Part shown: one piece after another, positions 58,201-64,000 of the stretch
Layout: the number at the start of each line of letters is the position of its first letter
Position numbering within the stretch: the first letter of the stretch is position 1
Origin: the human T2T-CHM13v2.0 reference genome, Homo sapiens
NCBI RefSeq assembly: GCF_009914755.1
Contig: NC_060928.1
Length of the DNA: 64,000 nt
Direction: 5' to 3' (one strand)
Notes under the pieces: model-generated
The model's input: the letters and a program-made list of their open reading frames with translations, nothing else
Told to the model about the DNA's origin: nothing
Database searches by the model: none
Position numbers and translations under genes: made by a program

Positions 58201-58862
58201 GTCATAACTCGTGGTCTCTTTAGTGGCCTCTGGTCTTTTTAACTAATGTAAATTCTGACTTCATTTAGACTTAAAGCTATTGCTCATTTTAAAGCTGTTC
58301 TTATCTTATTAGACCTATGCTCAAATCCTTTAATAGCTGAAATCAATTGAGCTATTATTTATTAAGTAACTACGATGTAAAAGACAAAATACTAGGGATC
58401 ATACAGATAAAAAGGGATGAGTGAAATAGAAACCTCATTCTAAAGTCACTGGTTTTTTTGTAGAGCATTAGTTAGCAGCTGCCGTACAATAAATCATGCC
58501 AAAATCCAGTGGCTTAAAATAGTAAGAATGTATTATTGTTCATGAGTTTCTTGGTCAGCTAAACAGTATTTCTGGTATCTACTGGTCTCATTTATTTGTT
58601 TGTGGTCAGATGTGGATTAGGCAGGCAACTTGCTGAGTTGGTTGACTCTATCACATGTTCTGGGAGACTGGCTAGCTGTAGTTCAAGTTGGCCTTGGCAT
58701 AATACCCAGGCTTTCCTCCATGTGATCTCATGTCCTCCACTAGACTAGCCTAGGAAGGGGTGCATGAAAAAGGATCAAAGCACACAATGCCCCTTGGGCC
58801 TGGACTCTCGGAAGTGGCAAATTGACATTTTTGCCATATTTATTGGTCAAAGCAAGTCACAA

Positions 58863-60297
58863 CGTGTCCAAAATTGGTGGGTTCTTGGTCTCACTGACTT
58901 CAAGAATGAAGCCGTGGACTATCGCGGTGAGTGTTACAGTTCTTAAAGGTGGTGTGTCCGGAGTTTGTTACTTCTGATGTTTGGACGTGTTCGGAGTTTC
59001 TTCCTTCTGGTGGGTTCGTGGTCTTGCTGGCTTCAGGAGTGAAGCTGCAGACCTTCACGATGAGTGTTACAGCTCTTAAGGCAGCCAGTCGGGAGTTGTT
59101 CCTTCCTCCCGACCCGAGTTGTTCATTCCTCCCGGTGGGTTTGTGGTCTCGCAGGCCTCAGGAGTGAAGCTGCAGACCTTCATGGTGAGTGTTACAGCTC
59201 ATAAAGGCAGTGCGGACCCAAAGAGTGAGCACCAGCAAGACGTATTGCAAAGAGCAAAAGAGCAAAGCTTCCACAGTGTGGAAGGGGACCAGGGTTGTCT
59301 CTGTGGGCTTGGGCAGCCTGCTTTTAGTCCCTTATCTGACCCCACCCACATCCTGCTGATTGGCCTATTTTACAGAGAGCTGATTGGTCCATTTTACAGA
59401 GAGCTGATTGGTTCGTTTTACAGAGAGCTGATTGGTCCATTTTGACAGGGTGCTGATTGGTGTGTTTACAATCCCTGAGCTAGACACAGAGTGCTGATTG
59501 GTATATTTACAATCGTCTAGCTAGACATAAAAGTTCTCCAAGTCCCCACTAGATTAGCTAGAGGCAGAGCACTGATTGGTGCATCCACGAACCCTGAGCT
59601 AGACACAGAGTGCTGATTGGTACATATATAATCTTCCCGCTAGACATAAAAGTTCTCCAAGTCCCCACCCAACTCAGGAGCCCAGCTGGCTCTGCCTAAT
59701 GGATCCTGTTTCAGGGGAATGGGCAGAACTGCCTGCCAGTCCAACACAGTACCTGCACTCCTCAGCCCTTGGGCAGTGGATGGGACTGAGCGTCAGGGAG
59801 CAGGGGGCAGTGCCCGTCGGGGAGGCTCGGGCTGCCAGGAGCCCACCGCAGGGGGCTCAGACATGGTGGGCTGCAAGCCCCACCCCACCGGGAGGCAGCT
59901 GAGGCCAGGTGAGAATTCGAGCGCAGCGCAGGTGGCCCAGCAGTGCTGGGGGACCCGGCGCCCCCTCCACAGCTGCTGGCCCGGTTGCTAAGCCCCTCAC
60001 TGCCCAGGGCCGGTGGCGCCGGCCAGCCACTCAGAGGGCAGGACCTGCCGAGCCCACACCCACCCGGAACTCGCGCTGGCCCAGGAGCGCTTCATGCAGC
60101 CCTGATTCCCACCTGCGCCTCTCCCTCCACACCTCCCCGCAAGCAGAGGGAGCTGGCTCCAGCCTCCGACAGCCCAGAGAGGGGCTCCCACATTACAGCA
60201 ACGGGCTGAAGGGCTCCTCAAGCGTGGCCAGAGCGGATGCCGAGCCCAAGGAGGCGCTGAGAGCGAGAGAGGGCCACCAGCACGTTGTCACTTCTCA
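58863..60297 (-). mobile_element. LTR12-family (ERV9) solo LTR
   Basis: GTGTCCAAAATTGGTGGGTTCTTGGTCTCACTGACTTCAAGAATGAAGCC left end, CACGTTGTCACTTCTCA right end, GC/CpG-rich U3, CTGATTGG tandem array; imperfect 4-bp TSD ACAA/TCAA. Confidence 0.95.
59315..59625 (-). promoter_or_regulatory. LTR12 enhancer/promoter: 8 CCAAT boxes, GATA site, mutated TATA-like box
   Basis: Eight CTGATTGG copies between ~59356 and 59620; CTTATCT (AGATAAG on minus) at ~59331; minus strand reads ACTAAAA where the recalled consensus has AATAAAA. Confidence 0.75.
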
Positions 60298-61079
60298 TCA
60301 AGTTAGGGCCAGATTCAAGGATGAGGAAATAGGCTTTACAAATTGATGGGAAGAGTTGTAATGTCATACTGCAAAGGGCAGTGTTAAAAGAAGGCACTCA
60401 TCAAGTACATGAATGCACTCAATCCACCACCAGGAGAACAACGCAAGTAAAAACAATTATATACTCTAAGATATTCTAGAAAAATGCCACAAGTTAAATA
60501 CACTAGACTCTCAACATTTAGGATTAACTTTTCTTTTCAGTTTTTGGTAATTTGTATGCTGCAGAAACATGAGATAGTTTGACACTTTGTTAGGAAATAC
60601 TTCTTTATTTGGCAATGCCTTCATCATTCATCTTTTCCACTGAAATTTAAGCTCCACAAAGAATGTCGTCCTAATCATTACTGTATCTTAAGTGTCTGCA
60701 AAGTACCCAGCACAAAGTAAAAACCTGGCAAATACTTATTGAATGAATTAATTCATTTATAAAAACTCTAAAGATATCATTTTACATTTTTAATTTATAA
60801 TTTCTATTACAAATTTTTCTGCTTTGTAAAATGGGGATACTTTAAGTACAATTTTGTAGGATTAAATGAGTTTATGTATATATATATATATGAAGCATTC
60901 AAAGGAGAGGACAATTGAAAAATTGCAAATATTACATATGTGTTTGTGTGTATAATACACTAATCACTTTTATAATATTTAATGTTTAATTTTGCATGGA
61001 AAATTACTTACTAAATGTCTTGGAGTCTGGGGATTTGTGGGTTTTTTGGAGCACTTACTCAAGTATATAATTCCATAAA

Positions 61080-61930
61080 CCAATATAGAGGTTTCAAAAG
61101 AGGCAGAGGTCAGGGGAGGGGATAAGGGAAGCTTTCACAAGCAAGATAATACCTGAGATGAAACTTTGAAGGAGAAGTAGAATTTTGTGAATGCAGTAGG
61201 TTTTCAGGAAAAGAGAACATTGTGAAGGGAGTGCAGAGGGGTGAAAATCGGCAGTAGAAGAGTAATGTATAGTCTGATTTCCAAATATACTGGGGGAATA
61301 ATGGAAAGCAAATCTGGACACGTATATAAAGAGTTCAGCATAAATGAGTCTTTGTAGTGGCCTTTGTGATTCACTAGACTATCAATAATTATCCACAATC
61401 TTTTCAGCAACAGTGATTTCTACTCTGAGATGAAAAAAATTCATTTGCAGCAGTGTCTAAACTATTAAAAGTGAAAAACAATAGAAAATTGAACGAACTG
61501 GGAGAAGACTGTGAGTGTTTAATTATTAATGTTTTTTGAAGTCTTGAGTGAAATGACGGCAGTGACTGAAAAGAGAAGGAAGGATGTAAGAAATATTTGG
61601 TAACTTAAGATACAAGGGGGAGAGTCAAAAATAAGTGAAATGACTGCAACCTACAACATCCAGTCGGAAGACATCAGGGGACATTAAGTGAAATTGAGAA
61701 GTTAGGAAAAAAAGAATCTTTTGAGACTAGAAAGGTGGATGAAAATAAATAAATTAGAAATGAAGATATAAATAATGTAAGGGGCAGCAGAATTTCTAAC
61801 TGGATATCTTTAAGGGACAATAAGGAATATGAGTTTAGAGCTCAGACAGCAGAGATGTGTATTTCGTAGGATCTTCACCGAAGGAAAAGTTTAATCTTTG
61901 GGTTTGTGGGGGTCTCTAAGGAAGAAAGAG
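61080..61930 (-). mobile_element. L2 remnant(s)
   Basis: CAGGGGAGGGGATAAGGGAAGCTTTCAC...GAGATGAAACTTTGAAGGAGAAGTAG antisense L2 motifs. Confidence 0.6.
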
Positions 61931-62319
61931 GCAGATGAAAATTATTTCAGGGACAGCTATAGAAGAAGGAGAACATACTCCTTGTTTTGAAACAGATTTC
62001 TTTTCATATTACTTAGCTTAATAAACACTTGTGCTAGATTTTTGATCTGCTATGTAAAAGATTTTAGATAGTCTCGCACCAGATTAGAAATACTCATAAT
62101 AGTCTGTATTAGATCCACAAATATTGTCCATTCACGACAACAAAAAACAATGTGACTAGATTTTAGGAAAATATATTCTGTGGTTGTGATCTGTTTTCCT
62201 GAGAAACAGACCACTTTTATAATATTTAATGTTTAATATAATAGCACCTGTTTGGAATTACAGTAAAGATATCAGTGTAACAGGAAGTATATTTAGGGAG
62301 TGATTAATGATGTGCTATT

Positions 62320-62405
62320 GACTGAAAGTGCTGGTTGGAAACATTGGTGGTGCTGTTGATTCCGACTGAAAGCGCTGGTTGGAAACATTGGTGGTGCTGT
62401 TGATT
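62320..62405. repeat. Tandem duplication, 2 x 42 bp, period 44
   Basis: GACTGAAAG(T/C)GCTGGTTGGAAACATTGGTGGTGCTGTTGATT at 62320-62361 and 62364-62405, 1 mismatch. Confidence 0.97.
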
Positions 62406-64000
62406 ATTATTTAATGATTTTTTTTCTGGATTGCTGAATAATTGACACTGATGAGAAGGTGACTCAGCATTGATTTTATGTTTCCCAGACTGGGTTTTTG
62501 AAATGTCAATAGCAGTAGCACCTTATTAAGTGCATCACAGACAGAAGTAAATGTTTCTAGTAGAGACTTCTCTAAAGGTTTATTAGTGATTAAATATGTT
62601 AGTTCCTTATAAAAATAGTAGAAATTACTATTCTCCATTTACACACAAAACAGAAGAATAAGATTTTTCTCTTAAGGTATTTTTAGATAGTGACAGAATT
62701 AGAAATAGGACTCAATATAACCTTGTTTTGGAGGAAAAGCATAATTATGCTTTAAATTTGTGTCATATGAAAACATAGTTTTAAAGGCTGTGTTTTATTA
62801 ATGAATTTATCTTTTAAATTAACTCGTGTTACTTTAAATAGGATCTGCATTTTTAATATAAAGAGCATAATTGGGAAAGAAATATAGAATTGATTTTATT
62901 TCATTAGTATTTTTATTTAATAAAATAAGTAGATTGTAACAAATGATAGTCCCAGTAATAATAAAAACATTGTGGGGCACATATGCAAATGGAGAAACAA
63001 GTATCTTAATTTGTTCTACTTAAAACAATGAGGATAACTTTAGATTACCGTATTGTCTCTAGTTTTCTACCCCATTTTTTTTCAGGTAACCTATATTTCA
63101 TCCTTACTCTATTCAACAACTGGTGTTTGTGTACCACATAGAATATTCAAATTGCAGATCCTGAAAGAGACAGACGATAAACAGTTCAATTTTGTGATTT
63201 GTGACAAGTGTTTTAAAAATGAAATAATAAGCTATAATGAGATAGAATACCAGAGTACATCTCGCATAATGTTACTATACAATACTATAATGTATTGTTT
63301 TATAAAACGTCTGTTTTATGTATGTTTTATATATGTTTTACACATCTAAGTATATGTTCTGGGTCGCAATGTAACGCATATTTTAGATCAAATGGAGGAG
63401 CTACTGATCTATTCAGAGATCTACCCTGTAAATTATTCCTCTATCACAAATTAGTTTTTAATTAATTAATCAAATATTTATTATGTGCCTGCTGTGTCTG
63501 TGAAAATTAACCACAAAAATATAATTTACATCATACTATAAATGAGTTGACATTTGGAGTAAGATATGTTCCAAATAAAAAAGAGAACTGGCAAAATGAA
63601 TATGTCCTGGGGCATTGTTTTGCAGTACTAGCATTTCATTTCTTTGACATCTTGAAACTATAATATACACTATTATAATTTACTTTCATGTGAGAAATGG
63701 TTCTAAATGTTTTTATGTTGTAAAAGTAAGGTTTGTAAACAGTAAAGGGATGTGCGTTGAAGGTCTGCTGTAGTATGTCTGTTTTGCACCAACGGGACAA
63801 TTTCTATCTCAGAGCATGTAAACCATCTATGGATGGCTCAGCAATGCTTCTTATATTCACCATTGACTAAAGTTTATTTCCATTTTTAAACAAATATTTT
63901 GCAGCAATTACCAAGTGACAGGTAGCATCTAAACTGCTCAGAGTACAATGATCAAGATATGATGTGCGCTGGAGATTTTAGTCTAATAGTAGACACTGAA

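Larger units (their letters stand above)
58465..60430 (-). mobile_element. MLT1F/H-type LTR split by the LTR12 insertion (58465-58862 and 60298-60430)
   Basis: TATTGGTCAAAGCAAGTCACAA on the left resumes as ...GGCCAGATTCAAGG...TTGATGGGAAGAGTTG on the right. Confidence 0.72.

Noticed and set aside
58905-59210. Three copies of GAAGC...GTGAGTGTTACAG
   Set aside because: Intrinsic internal repeats of LTR12.
59340-59670. Regularly spaced CTGATTGG repeats as a CRISPR-like array
   Set aside because: They are the known tandem U3 repeats of LTR12; the spacers are themselves repetitive and there are no cas genes in this primate DNA.
59690-60297. CpG island or gene promoter with Pro/Ala-rich ORFs
   Set aside because: Wholly inside the GC-rich LTR12 U3; the ORFs reflect stop-codon scarcity.

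Overview
This is 64 kb of AT-rich primate (human-like) non-coding DNA, intergenic or deep-intronic, dominated by interspersed repeats. I find no protein-coding gene, structural RNA gene, CRISPR array or prokaryotic system. It holds a full-length but inactivated L1PA7-like LINE-1 (32805-39261, 14-bp TSD), a 5'-truncated L1PB, L1MC and other old L1 3' fragments, many L2/MIR remnants, 14 Alu-family elements, a MER6 DNA transposon, MaLR/ERVL solo LTRs (THE1, MLT1, MLT2) and an LTR12 (ERV9) solo LTR with eight CCAAT boxes. Structures not explained by these repeats are: (i) two abutting long fold-back hairpins inside an L2 (738-992, A-A'-B'-B); (ii) a ~114-bp inverted duplication straddling an LTR edge (54269-54382 / 55294-55407) that brackets a 135-nt exon-like segment, a young AluY and an AT palindrome; (iii) smaller local inverted and tandem duplications and weak splice-site candidates. 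Subfamily names come from recalled consensus sequences and need RepeatMasker/Dfam confirmation; boundaries of old repeats are approximate. I cannot support a claim of a new biological system.
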